From a virus (taxonomy: Duplodnaviria > Caudoviricetes), in the IMG/VR virus record IMGVR_UViG_3300031992_000029, positions 64,001 through 128,000 of that record: a stretch of DNA of 64,000 nt; one strand, written 5' to 3'. Positions 37,053-46,175 of the stretch are shown here, piece after piece. Numbering within the stretch: position 1 is the stretch's first letter; every line of letters begins with the position of its first letter. The translations under genes and the position numbers were made by a program. Under the pieces are notes generated by a model. The model ran no database searches and had not been told where the DNA came from. It worked only from the letters and a program-made list of their open reading frames with translations.

Positions 37053-38231
37053 CTACATAATTCCATTTGACATTGAAATCAATCGCAACGCGTTCTTAGC
37101 AATTATACTTGCACCATTTCGAATCTCCTCTACACTTGTATACTTAGATACAGATACTCTAATTGTATTTCTCGCCTGATCGTCAGTAAGCCCCATAGAT
37201 GTCAATACATAACTAGGTTCTTGCTCTGAACTTCTGCACGCAGATCCAGCTGATATATATACACCGTCTATCGAGCTAAGAATAACCATTGTCTCGGCGT
37301 CAACTCCGTCAATCCTGACGCTTAACGTTTTTCCAAACTGATCAAGATTATCGCAGTTAAGATGTAGTCTATCTAATAAACCAACGTCAGCAAACTCCTT
37401 TTGAATTACAGCCCACATCAATCTCTTTCTTGATTTTATCTGACTAAATGTGTTTTCTTCGTTTGAGTTAATAATATCGCACGCCTTACCTAGCCCAACA
37501 ATTCCAGGAACATTTTCCGTTCCTCCTCTATATCCAAATTCCTGTGAATGACCGCCATATATCATCGGACTGAACGGGAATCTGCTTAAATCTTTTACGT
37601 ATAGCGCTCCGACACCCTTAGGGCCGTGAATCTTATGAGCCGAAATTGAAGCTGAATCACAAAACTCACTGACGTTTAACTTTAAACATCCAGCTGCCTG
37701 TACACAATCAGAATGTACCCATATTCCTTTATCTTTGCACAGATTATATATATCGCGAACCGGCTGTATCATTCCAGTTTCGTTGTTCATATACATCGCA
37801 GAAACAAAACCAAATGATCCAGTCTCAATATCTCTATAGAACTCGTCCATATCAATAACGCCAGCCTCGTTAACACCAAGCATCTTTATTTTATCTGTTG
37901 ATGTTGGACCCCAGTCAGGCGTTATTCCCGCTGATCTCAAAATAGAATCATGCTCTATACGTGAAATGAGCATTTTATTCTGTGTTTTAACGAACGATTT
38001 TACGATTGTATTGTTAGATTCGGTTCCTCCTGACGTAAAAATAATGTTTTCCGGGTTCGCTCCCATGAAATCAGCGACTCTTTTTCTCGCATTTTCAACC
38101 GCATCCTTAGCGTTTATGCCAAGTCCATACGTTGTTCCCGGATTACCATACTCATCTTTTAAATATGGCATCATTTCTTCTAAAACTTCTTCTGCCATCC
38201 TCGTTGTGGATGCGTTATCAAGATAAATCAT
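37053..38231 (-). CDS. iscS: Cysteine desulfurase (IscS/NifS)
   Basis: IYLDNASTT, FTSGGTESNN, EH, NNETG, HSD.VQA, SAHKIHGPKGVG, RGGTENV, SAGSAC. Confidence 0.95.
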   Translation of the reverse strand: MIYLDNASTTRMAEEVLEEMMPYLKDEYGNPGTTYGLGINAKDAVENARKRVADFMGANPENIIFTSGGTESNNTIVKSFVKTQNKMLISRIEHDSILRSAGITPDWGPTSTDKIKMLGVNEAGVIDMDEFYRDIETGSFGFVSAMYMNNETGMIQPVRDIYNLCKDKGIWVHSDCVQAAGCLKLNVSEFCDSASISAHKIHGPKGVGALYVKDLSRFPFSPMIYGGHSQEFGYRGGTENVPGIVGLGKACDIINSNEENTFSQIKSRKRLMWAVIQKEFADVGLLDRLHLNCDNLDQFGKTLSVRIDGVDAETMVILSSIDGVYISAGSACRSSEQEPSYVLTSMGLTDDQARNTIRVSVSKYTSVEEIRNGASIIAKNALRLISMSNGIM

Positions 38232-38414
38232 TTAAATTCCTTTTTCGCGTCGTACTTATCTTCGGTATTTTTATGAAACTCATAAACTTCCCTTATATGA
38301 GCATCTCTACTGATAGATGACGCACTTGCGCCCTCAGTTATAAAAACCCAGTCAAAACCACAAGTACTGCACAGCCTTCTAACCTGGTCTACTAATTCTC
38401 TTCCGGTCATATTC

Positions 38415-38606
38415 TTAAATCATTCCTCGCTTTACCATCTCTTTTAGTACAATTACAAAGAAAACGGATATAATGCCGCAGAGGTAACCAACATCATACT
38501 TACTTTTATTATCAAAATCCAGTAATGATATAAGTGCATATAGAGCAGCAAAAAATATTGCAAGAACCATTACAATAAAAGCAATTCTATTTATAATTAC
38601 TTGCAT
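38415..38606 (-). CDS. Small two-TM membrane protein
   Basis: Two hydrophobic segments. Confidence 0.5.
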   Translation of the reverse strand: MQVIINRIAFIVMVLAIFFAALYALISLLDFDNKSKYDVGYLCGIISVFFVIVLKEMVKRGMI

Positions 38607-38841
38607 TAATTACATCCAATGAGTTCAAAAAAGACATACATAAAAGCAACCGATGCCACACCAGACAGATACCCAACAGAATAATCAATAGACCGTATGA
38701 ATAATAATGCCACAGCAAACGACGTAGCGACAAAAATCAGCATTAAAATAGCAGTTACAACTTCACAAAATGTTTTCATTTCTTTCTCACTAAATCATAT
38801 ATGAATCGCATATTTTTCTTATCTTATTCGATAATTCATTA

Positions 38842-39030
38842 CTAACAGTCGGCATCCATAAAAATACTTCCGTAAAACGCTCCAAGGTATCTGGCTATAC
38901 ACTTTCCAATCTCGTCAAGATTGTTTACCGGATACTCTCCGCCGCTACCATTCTCTCCGCATACCCAAAGGCATTTCTCGCCGTCATCATTAGTATATAT
39001 CTCAAACTCAAATTCGTAATTTTTATCCAT
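38842..39030 (-). CDS. Hypothetical protein
   Basis: Co-oriented ORF. Confidence 0.45.
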   Translation of the reverse strand: MDKNYEFEFEIYTNDDGEKCLWVCGENGSGGEYPVNNLDEIGKCIARYLGAFYGSIFMDADC

Positions 39031-39090
39031 GTTTATTCTTATACCATCCCTCTACTAAACATTGTTGCAGTTATTACTTATGCCCTCATA

Positions 39091-39236
39091 AAATGGCGGC
39101 AGGGATTTTCACCCTGCATAACCCGTGCACTGGTCAGCTTGTACGGACTCGAACCGCTTGGGCAGCGCAACCCTGAGTCTTTAACTTACTGCCCGTCTCT
39201 CACATCGCCGCGTCTACATATTCCGCCACACCATTT
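39091..39236 (-). ncRNA. Extended tRNA-like RNA with an internal second T-loop hairpin
   Basis: Acceptor-like AATGGTG/CGCCATT, Leu-type D arm GGCGGAAT..GTAGACGC, terminal arm GCAGGG-TGAAAAT-CCCTGC, internal GG-TTCGAGT-CC. Confidence 0.55.
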
Positions 39237-39240
39237 ATAA

Positions 39241-39711
39241 TCACTTACAAAGAAATGCGGCGAGTAAATCCTGTAAATTCTTGATGTCTTCTGGGCTGTC
39301 GATATCAACACTACCGATTTCAATTTTTACAGCGTCTTCACTGTCTTCATCTTCGCCGCACTCGCAACCTTCGCAGTCTGGACGATCGACCATTTCTCCG
39401 TCGATATCACCGTTAAGTAAAGACATTTCTTTTGCAATAGCATCAAACGATTCCTTGCCGTTCTCAATAGCGTAATCCACGAATCCAACGTCGTCCTTAT
39501 CAGAGTAAGGAATCACACCGTTCACCTCACCGAATGCAGCGATCGCAATGCAAATACCGTCAATAATTCCTGAGTGGTACACATCTAACTCCTTAGCCTT
39601 ATTCGTAGCCTCAAAGACAAACGCCTTCTCGATTGTAAGAAGCGCATCAATAAACTCACAGGCGCTCTCAGGGGTGTATGCATTATGTGCATAATAATTC
39701 TTTTCTACCAT
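39241..39711 (-). CDS. Acidic hypothetical protein
   Basis: RBS AAGGAG. Confidence 0.6.
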   Translation of the reverse strand: MVEKNYYAHNAYTPESACEFIDALLTIEKAFVFEATNKAKELDVYHSGIIDGICIAIAAFGEVNGVIPYSDKDDVGFVDYAIENGKESFDAIAKEMSLLNGDIDGEMVDRPDCEGCECGEDEDSEDAVKIEIGSVDIDSPEDIKNLQDLLAAFLCK

Positions 39712-39741
39712 ATTATCTCCTTTTATATATTAAATTATTAG

Positions 39742-39981
39742 TTACCTATTATTTAAGTAGATTTCAGCTTTATCAGTAAGAATGTATACAGCATCGTAAT
39801 CATCGCCGAACTCAACATTGTCCAAAAAATCCTGTCTCATGCTATCAATATCATCTTTATTGAATTGAGCAACACATTTTCTTTTAACACCATATTCGTC
39901 AACGAGATCTATCTCCATCCTCATCGACCCAGATCCTTCTGGAATCTTCATTATGATTCCCATATTAGCTTCGATTTGCAT
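39742..39981 (-). CDS. Hypothetical protein
   Basis: Operon context. Confidence 0.5.
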   Translation of the reverse strand: MQIEANMGIIMKIPEGSGSMRMEIDLVDEYGVKRKCVAQFNKDDIDSMRQDFLDNVEFGDDYDAVYILTDKAEIYLNNR

Positions 39982-39999
39982 ATTTATACATATTTCTCC

Positions 40000-40134
40000 T
40001 TATTCATCTGAATAAATATACCCAATAAACGAGATAGTTAAAATAATAATAACAAGCGATATTCCTATGGCATATGCCAATGATGTCAGATCATTGTTCA
40101 TCTCATACGCCAATGATGTCAGATCATTGTTCAT
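40000..40134 (-). CDS. 44-aa membrane peptide with duplicated N-terminus (not in ORF track)
   Basis: MNNDLTSLAYE MNNDLTSLAYA IGISLVIIILTISFIGYIYSDE. Confidence 0.45.
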   Translation of the reverse strand: MNNDLTSLAYEMNNDLTSLAYAIGISLVIIILTISFIGYIYSDE

Positions 40135-40136
40135 CT
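40071..40136. repeat. 33-bp tandem duplication
   Basis: 40071-40103 and 40104-40136 differ at one position. Confidence 0.9.
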
Positions 40137-40495
40137 TCGCCCCCGGATACTTTTATCAGGTCGCCGCTCCAGAAAAGCCAGGTAGGTTCTTCCTCGAAGC
40201 TAACCATATTCTTTCCCTCTACCCTCGCCGTAAAGACCTTATCACCATTGTTTTCTACGAATTCCTTATACTTCTCATTCATATCTGGATAACTTCTTCT
40301 TGACTTTACAAGAGACACATCCATCATGACCTTGTCTCCGCTGTTGATTTCCTGAGGATCAGAGTGATCCTTGATAACTTTCTTTGCAGCCGCTCTTAAC
40401 TTAAGTTCACTAAGAATTCTTTTCGGATCATGTGGGTCAGGACTACGCTTCCTGAACTTTTCATTCCTTCTTTCTTCTCTGTTCATGCCGTTCAT
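40124..40495 (-). CDS. Hypothetical protein
   Basis: RBS AAGGAG; MN.MNREERR start. Confidence 0.6.
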   Translation of the reverse strand: MNGMNREERRNEKFRKRSPDPHDPKRILSELKLRAAAKKVIKDHSDPQEINSGDKVMMDVSLVKSRRSYPDMNEKYKEFVENNGDKVFTARVEGKNMVSFEEEPTWLFWSGDLIKVSGGEDEQ

Positions 40496-40647
40496 ACTCC
40501 TTTGTATTATTTTTTGTATCTTGTTTGTTCATATTGGACAAACAAGTTTGAAAATTATCATCGCCGCATCCATCGCACACGGTGTGATAATACCAGCACA
40601 TATCTTTATACTGCTCATTATTAATGTAGTACTCACACATATCTATG

Positions 40648-41028
40648 CTATTTAAGTTTTTCAATGTACATGACATTACTAAGTCCGGTTGTTATTCTAT
40701 ATACTCCGTCTGACGTTACAATACGCACGCATCCTTCGTAGAACGTAAACGACTTTGCATTAACGTTTATTATTTCACCGTCTAAATCCTTCACACGGAC
40801 TAGATTAGAGAAGTGTTCATAGTACTCTCGCGGCTTATATGATATTCCTTGCTCGTTTTCTTTCTCATAATCAAGTAAATCATATAGATCTATATGTTCT
40901 TTGTCGTCTGAGATACCGCTTTTATTTTCGCTCGTATTACTAGAAACTCCGCCGCATCCGGCTCCGTACATCACAGTTGCTATAACTACGCACAACAGCA
41001 GAAACACGTTAAACCTTTTTGTCCCCAT
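40648..41028 (-). CDS. Putative lipoprotein
   Basis: Hydrophobic signal ending in GAG-C lipobox-like site. Confidence 0.55.
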   Translation of the reverse strand: MGTKRFNVFLLLCVVIATVMYGAGCGGVSSNTSENKSGISDDKEHIDLYDLLDYEKENEQGISYKPREYYEHFSNLVRVKDLDGEIINVNAKSFTFYEGCVRIVTSDGVYRITTGLSNVMYIEKLK

Positions 41029-41037
41029 AAACCTCCG

Positions 41038-41547
41038 TCAAATATATGTAACCTTGACTCCATACTTCGCATCTTTAGGATTAGAATCGTTGTACACACC
41101 TGCCAACAGAAGATGATATTGCTCACGATACCATTCCATCTTATCCTTGTATTCGTTTCTCTCCGAAATAATCTTATCGTATTTGTGTTCAATTTCATCA
41201 GGTAAAGAGCTAGCTGGTTTTGACCACGACCACAAGTTGGGCCAGCCGCCACTCCTGTCAAAGCACTTGCGCTTCCACTCTCTCACCTTCCTGCCAAGCG
41301 AATCACACTCACCTGTAAGACGCTCTACTTCCTTCGTAAGCCTTTTATTTTCGCCCTCAAGACTAGAGACCATCTTATCATACATATCTTTTTGATTTGA
41401 GAGCTCAGATACGATCCTGTCAGAATACTCCTCGTCAACCTCATTCAGACATCTAAGAAGCGTCGTACAGAATTCACGCACACTTGCATCTCTGGAACTG
41501 CATGCAAGACCTGCAAGTTTTCTTCTCATTTCATCAGTTTTATTCAT
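41038..41547 (-). CDS. Coiled-coil hypothetical protein
   Basis: Heptad-rich central region. Confidence 0.55.
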   Translation of the reverse strand: MNKTDEMRRKLAGLACSSRDASVREFCTTLLRCLNEVDEEYSDRIVSELSNQKDMYDKMVSSLEGENKRLTKEVERLTGECDSLGRKVREWKRKCFDRSGGWPNLWSWSKPASSLPDEIEHKYDKIISERNEYKDKMEWYREQYHLLLAGVYNDSNPKDAKYGVKVTYI

Positions 41548-41819
41548 GTTAAACTCCCTCCTATTATATATCCAATATCGACTAGCTCTATATCCTCATC
41601 ATCGTCGCACGTCGTAATCCACTTCTCAGCAACCCATGTATTATCGTCATCAATTTCGTAATACCAATTCCTTGTCTGATCGTCGGACAAGAGACTAACA
41701 ATTTCTGTAATACGATGTGTGATGGTGTTGTCAATGCGGTTATATAGATATTTACATTTAGGAGGTATACATACAGTGACTATATCGCCGACATTAAATT
41801 TATTCATATTTACCACCAT
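41544..41819 (-). CDS. SH3/KOW-like protein with acidic tail (dispersed member)
   Basis: FNVGDIV...EKWI...DEDIELVDIGYII. Confidence 0.65.
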   Translation of the reverse strand: MVVNMNKFNVGDIVTVCIPPKCKYLYNRIDNTITHRITEIVSLLSDDQTRNWYYEIDDDNTWVAEKWITTCDDDEDIELVDIGYIIGGSLT

Positions 41820-41825
41820 AAAAAA

Positions 41826-42240
41826 TCCGGCACATTAGTTTGGACAGAATAAATATCAAACAAAAATCTATGAATTAAAGTGTAGTATTTAATGGCTACT
41901 ACTACCGCGAAAATCAAAAGAACATTCTTGTAGCGAAATGACTGATGAATTACGACATTAGTGTATTTGCGAATGATGTAGTATGTATTAATGTATCGTG
42001 ATTTACGAAGCGATTTACGGTGAGCGCCCTATGTAGGTCTACGAAACCTAAAAATTTCAGATGGATTTTAAGTCCAACTTTTCTTGCAAAACTCACAAGC
42101 GTTTTGAGACCGCGAACAGCCGGTCTGTCCGGGCAGGAAACTGCCAGTTATGTAAATCAAATACAGATACATACGTATCGTATTTTGTTAATTCATTGAA
42201 ATTTATTTTCTATAAACTCTGTCCAAACCAATGTGCCGGA
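41826..42240 (-). ncRNA. Candidate ~415-nt structured RNA closed by a 23-bp terminal helix
   Basis: Inverted repeat 41826-41848 / 42218-42240; the single mismatch is a G-U pair on the minus strand. Confidence 0.6.
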
Positions 42241-42249
42241 CTATTTACA

Positions 42250-42870
42250 TTAAAGCGTCGGCATTCCGAGCTTGAATTCCTCAACTACATCGTCGAAGCT
42301 ACTTCCAATATCGAATGGCGGATTATAATCAACAACGGTATTTACCATTGCACTGTCAATGTTTGTAGATACCATATCAGCTTCCCTCGACATCCTCTTA
42401 TATGCATCCTTAGCAGCAACTACATCGTAATCGTAGTCGTACACGCATTCAGATTTATAGTAATACGGCGTCTGATTTCCCTCGTTGTTGATCTTAAACC
42501 CACTATCTCTTACCATGGATTTCCTGGGCTTAGCACTGAGCATAAGTCTCATAGCTGCAATAGCGGACTGCCTCGACTTATTTACTGCAATAGCTCCATC
42601 AATATCGAACTCTGCCGTAGCTTTTGCTTTTGCGATCTTGTCAGACAGCTTAATCTTTTCATCAAGCACATAACAGATAAACGAGATCATTGTGTTGTTA
42701 TCATGGAAAATTCCCCTGTCTACGATCTCTGTCATGTCCTCTTCTACCGGTGCTCTGAGGTGTCTCTTTTCACATTTAAGGCAATGGTCAAACGTCTGGA
42801 TGCTTGCGTTTGCTTCGCTTAAAAGTTTGTTGAGAAAGTTCTGGTATCTAAATGCCTCTTTAAGATTCAT
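42250..42870 (-). CDS. Hypothetical helical protein (MNLKEAFRYQN start), directly upstream of the candidate ncRNA
   Basis: RBS GGAGG, own promoter. Confidence 0.7.
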   Translation of the reverse strand: MNLKEAFRYQNFLNKLLSEANASIQTFDHCLKCEKRHLRAPVEEDMTEIVDRGIFHDNNTMISFICYVLDEKIKLSDKIAKAKATAEFDIDGAIAVNKSRQSAIAAMRLMLSAKPRKSMVRDSGFKINNEGNQTPYYYKSECVYDYDYDVVAAKDAYKRMSREADMVSTNIDSAMVNTVVDYNPPFDIGSSFDDVVEEFKLGMPTL

Positions 42871-42940
42871 TATTCCTCCCTGTAATGTTTATTATTGTAT
42901 TGTAATCGTTAAATAAAGTTCCTCGTTTGAGGATAACTGT

Positions 42941-42969
42941 ATTATATCACACTTTGTTTATTTTGTCAA
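42941..42969 (-). promoter_or_regulatory. SigA/sigma70 consensus promoter
   Basis: TTGACA-17 nt-TATAAT. Confidence 0.85.
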
Positions 42970-43071
42970 CACAAATTTATCGTTTACGTCATTTATTTTC
43001 CCAATTTGTTGTTATGAAATTAAGTTTTTGTTGATATTGAATACCAAAATTACTACTTTTTTAGGATTGTA

Positions 43072-43390
43072 TTAGCCGAATTCTTTCATATGGTTTGTGT
43101 AGTGCAATGCCTGGAAACCGGTACCAGCTTGGAATTTGAGGTAGCTTGGTATGGTCTCTTGTGTGGGTTGATTTCTCTGTGGTTTTCCTTGTGGTTTACC
43201 TGTAGGTGAATCCCTTTTGTGTTTCATTGGGTGGGACCTTCCGTTGGGCTGAGGTGTTTAACTATGCTTTGACTTGCGTCGCATCAGTGACTGCAGCTCT
43301 GTGTGTCAGGTGTCGCCGTCCCCACAATGTGATACTCTTGTTTACAACTAAGAGCGTTGCTAACAAATAACAACAATACAATTCAGCTAA
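43072..43390 (-). ncRNA. Retron-like msr-msd RNA #1 (class A)
   Basis: 5' UUAGCUGAAUU pairs with 3' AAUUCGGCUAA; G at 43379; CUCUU-AGUUGUAAAC-AAGAG; UAUCAC..UGUG. Confidence 0.75.
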
Positions 43391-43460
43391 AATACTTACC
43401 TATTCTTTGATTACTCTATATATTACCGCAAGTAGTAATATAAATAATGTCACCAAAACA

Positions 43461-43622
43461 CTACTGTGTATCTGCGACATCGGAGCTCTTTTGCTTTGAC
43501 GTTTTCTTGTCCTGCTTGGCTTTCTGTCTCTCTTCCCTCTCAACAGCAAGCTGATGCTCAAGGCGAGCCATAACTCTTCTCATTCTTGCAAACTCTGTGT
43601 TTCTGCATTTGTGTTTACTCAT
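43461..43622 (-). CDS. 53-aa basic protein between ncRNAs #2 and #1 (not in ORF track)
   Basis: RBS AGGAGG; MSKHKCRNTEFARMRRVMARLEHQL... Confidence 0.6.
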   Translation of the reverse strand: MSKHKCRNTEFARMRRVMARLEHQLAVEREERQKAKQDKKTSKQKSSDVADTQ

Positions 43623-43649
43623 AAAATCCTCCTATGAATTTGATATTAC

Positions 43650-43910
43650 ACAAGGTAATCCGTAAAGATATTTTGCGTTTGCACGGAAACGCAAAAGCTC
43701 TTTATGCGCAATGCCATGCTTTTGAGTGCATGTCCGTAGGCTGCTACTGCCGGTTCGGTACGCGGTAAGACCATCGGTCGTCCGCGTTACTCGAACGGGC
43801 GTAGCACCTAGGCATGTCACTCAATAAGCGATGAGACGTACCAATTTCGCACTTCTGTTTACAACTAAAAGTAGGTTCTATTTATGTAGACCTAATATTC
43901 ATTACCTTGT
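43650..43910 (-). ncRNA. Retron-like msr-msd RNA #2 (class B)
   Basis: Perfect 10-bp terminal IR ACAAGGUAAU/AUUACCUUGU; G at 43900; AGUUGUAAAC stem-loop; long hairpin at about 43718-43829. Confidence 0.85.
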
Positions 43911-43913
43911 TAA

Positions 43914-43961
43914 TGGTGCGGTTGGGATTCGAACCCGTTAGAACCGCTCCATCGCCGCACC
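43914..43961 (-). ncRNA. tRNA minihelix (acceptor-like stem + T arm, ending ACCA)
   Basis: GCGGTT-ctaac-GGG-TTCGAAT-CCC-AACCGC-A-CCA. Confidence 0.5.
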
Positions 43962-44011
43962 GCGCCACACTTTTAGACCCGGAATCTATGGTAGTGGCTA
44001 CCAATATCGGA

Positions 44012-44407
44012 TCATGATATCACATTGGAAATCCTGCGGATAATACCCTTGTCTGGAATGAATTCATCGTATCCATTCTCAAACTTGAGATATTTTACTC
44101 CGACAGGAGAATACTCTTTTGTCCATCCTGTGTCTGCATAGAACTCAATGAAGTCCTGGATATCTTCAATATCGTCCCATGTTGCAGATCTCATATCTGG
44201 ATATGAATCAAGATCGAGATTTGAACATGTGAAATGCACAATCCTCTTATCCTTGTAGTCGATCTCGGATTCCACATCTTCGAAATCAAATCCATATGTA
44301 TCTCCGGCATTTGTAATAATTTCATATCCGCCTGGCCTGCAGTCGACCTCGTCGTCTTCGATTTTCCTGTCAAAGATTAATCCGAACTTCATGCATAATC
44401 CGATCAT
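44012..44407 (-). CDS. Acidic hypothetical protein
   Basis: ATGA overlap with the AAA gene. Confidence 0.6.
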   Translation of the reverse strand: MIGLCMKFGLIFDRKIEDDEVDCRPGGYEIITNAGDTYGFDFEDVESEIDYKDKRIVHFTCSNLDLDSYPDMRSATWDDIEDIQDFIEFYADTGWTKEYSPVGVKYLKFENGYDEFIPDKGIIRRISNVIS

Positions 44408-45567
44408 ACGATATACCTCCTCACCTCATCATCACTCCATCTCGGAATTTTCTTAACTGAGATATCAATAACGCTCAGGTCTTTCATGTCTTTGTCGTCG
44501 TCGTAACAGTCGCCTCTACGACCGCTGTTACCATACGAAGACTTGAGAAGAAGTGCGATGCGATCCTTATCCACAGTAAGCGAGCCATCATCAGAAACGG
44601 AAACCGATGTAGACGGTACGCAAATACGAATATAATCCCTTCCGCCCGCTTCATTCGGTTCAGGTGCGATTAATTCTGTGTTTGTATAATCTGTTTCATC
44701 GTAAATATCTACGTTAAACTCGCCGGAATAATTGCTTCCGTCAGAAAGAGTTACAGATGCCTTCAGTCTGATGTCATCTTCCCTTGTAATGTTCATATCT
44801 TCAAGGCATTCTTCAAGGCTATAACCCTGATTGAGCTCGAAGACGAGAGCTCTGAGGATATCATAGTTGATATCAGAGACGGCAGAGAGCCTGATTACCC
44901 CGTCAATCTGTGAATAAAATTCAGGTTTTAATTTATCGGTAAGATACTCTCTGATTTCCTCTACTGAAGGATTTCCAAGGCTAAAATGATAATGGAATCT
45001 GCCGGGCCTATTCTTGAAGTATGTAGAAATCTTGTAGAGTTCGTTACAGGTGATAACGAACATCTTTTTCCCGCTGTCAATTCCGTCGAAGAGCGGAAGC
45101 AGTTCGTCCTGAATACTCGATCTCTCTCCGTCATCATCGTCTGACCTCCCGTTCGAGAATGTCTTATCGAACTCATCGAAGATGACAACAGCCTCCTGGT
45201 CGATAGATGAAATAAATCCAGCGATACCGGAGATCGCTCTTGACACAACGATTACAGGATATCCTCTCTTCACGCTTTCAACCGCCAACATCTTAGCGAA
45301 GAGGGACTTACCGATACCTTTCTTACCAGAAAGAATAATACCGAAGTTCCTATCTGTCGCCTCGAATGACCTGAGCGCCTTTTCAACCTTCTTGTATCTG
45401 TCACCATAGATCTTCTCTTCTTTAACCTCAAGGTCAGTCCTTGAAGAGAGCGAGAATCCTGACATAGGGTTGAATTCCACCTCGTACGAGCCAGCAGGTA
45501 GCTTGTCGTATGTACGAAGTTCGTCGCCGTAAATCTGGTACCTTCCACCAGAGCACACAATGTTCAT
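44404..45567 (-). CDS. AAA+ ATPase
   Basis: Walker A GKKGIGKS, Walker B VVIFDEFDK, TCN sensor, NRPGRF Arg finger. Confidence 0.9.
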   Translation of the reverse strand: MNIVCSGGRYQIYGDELRTYDKLPAGSYEVEFNPMSGFSLSSRTDLEVKEEKIYGDRYKKVEKALRSFEATDRNFGIILSGKKGIGKSLFAKMLAVESVKRGYPVIVVSRAISGIAGFISSIDQEAVVIFDEFDKTFSNGRSDDDDGERSSIQDELLPLFDGIDSGKKMFVITCNELYKISTYFKNRPGRFHYHFSLGNPSVEEIREYLTDKLKPEFYSQIDGVIRLSAVSDINYDILRALVFELNQGYSLEECLEDMNITREDDIRLKASVTLSDGSNYSGEFNVDIYDETDYTNTELIAPEPNEAGGRDYIRICVPSTSVSVSDDGSLTVDKDRIALLLKSSYGNSGRRGDCYDDDKDMKDLSVIDISVKKIPRWSDDEVRRYIV

Positions 45568-45605
45568 AAATTTCCTCCTATAGTGTATTGTTTTTTTTGG
45601 GATAC

Positions 45606-45897
45606 AACAAGGTAATCCATAAAGTCGATAGTGTTTAAAGAGACTTTATGCGCCATGCCTCTGTGTCGTAATAAACCATCCTTACTGCATGTAAATAACT
45701 CGTCCTGGTCCGAGGAAATTTTTCTAGAGGTCGACCGGAGGGAGGCTTCGAGGAAAAATTTCTAAGGACTCGGACGGTTATTTACTGCAAGTAAGTGTTG
45801 GTTATTACGATACGAAGGACGCATCACAATTTCATACTCCTGTTTACAACTAGAAGCGGGTGTAAATATGTATAACCCAATTTACATTAGCCTTGTT
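45606..45897 (-). ncRNA. Retron-like msr-msd RNA #3 (class B)
   Basis: IR AACAAGG(C)UAAU/AUUACCUUGUU; G at 45885; AGUUGUAAAC stem-loop; long hairpin at about 45663-45813. Confidence 0.85.
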
Positions 45898-45917
45898 TTA
45901 TATTTTGATTTTTACAG

Positions 45918-46160
45918 TTACCAACAATGATTGAAGCTGAGATTAAATGCTTCGTCTCCTGTTTTGAATGCTTGATTTATTTTACCTAACGTTATATTTG
46001 CGTCTTGCGTTGTTTTAAAACGTTTTATGGGCATCCCTTTGTATATTCCGTTGAAATACCCAAAAGCCACTATGTCATATCCAACGTCGCCTAGGTCTGG
46101 ACATATCTTGAACTTATAATCTTCATACTCTAATGCTCCTTTATCATAATAAACTATCAT
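45918..46160 (-). CDS. Hypothetical protein between ncRNAs #4 and #3
   Basis: RBS AGGAGG. Confidence 0.6.
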   Translation of the reverse strand: MIVYYDKGALEYEDYKFKICPDLGDVGYDIVAFGYFNGIYKGMPIKRFKTTQDANITLGKINQAFKTGDEAFNLSFNHCW

Positions 46161-46175
46161 TAATTACCTCCTAAG

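Noticed and set aside
42061-42822. Long plus-strand ORFs (42061-42822, 19781-20461, 56838-57479, 60075-60710, 61703-62581)
   Set aside because: Antisense shadows of well-supported minus-strand genes; no RBS or motifs.
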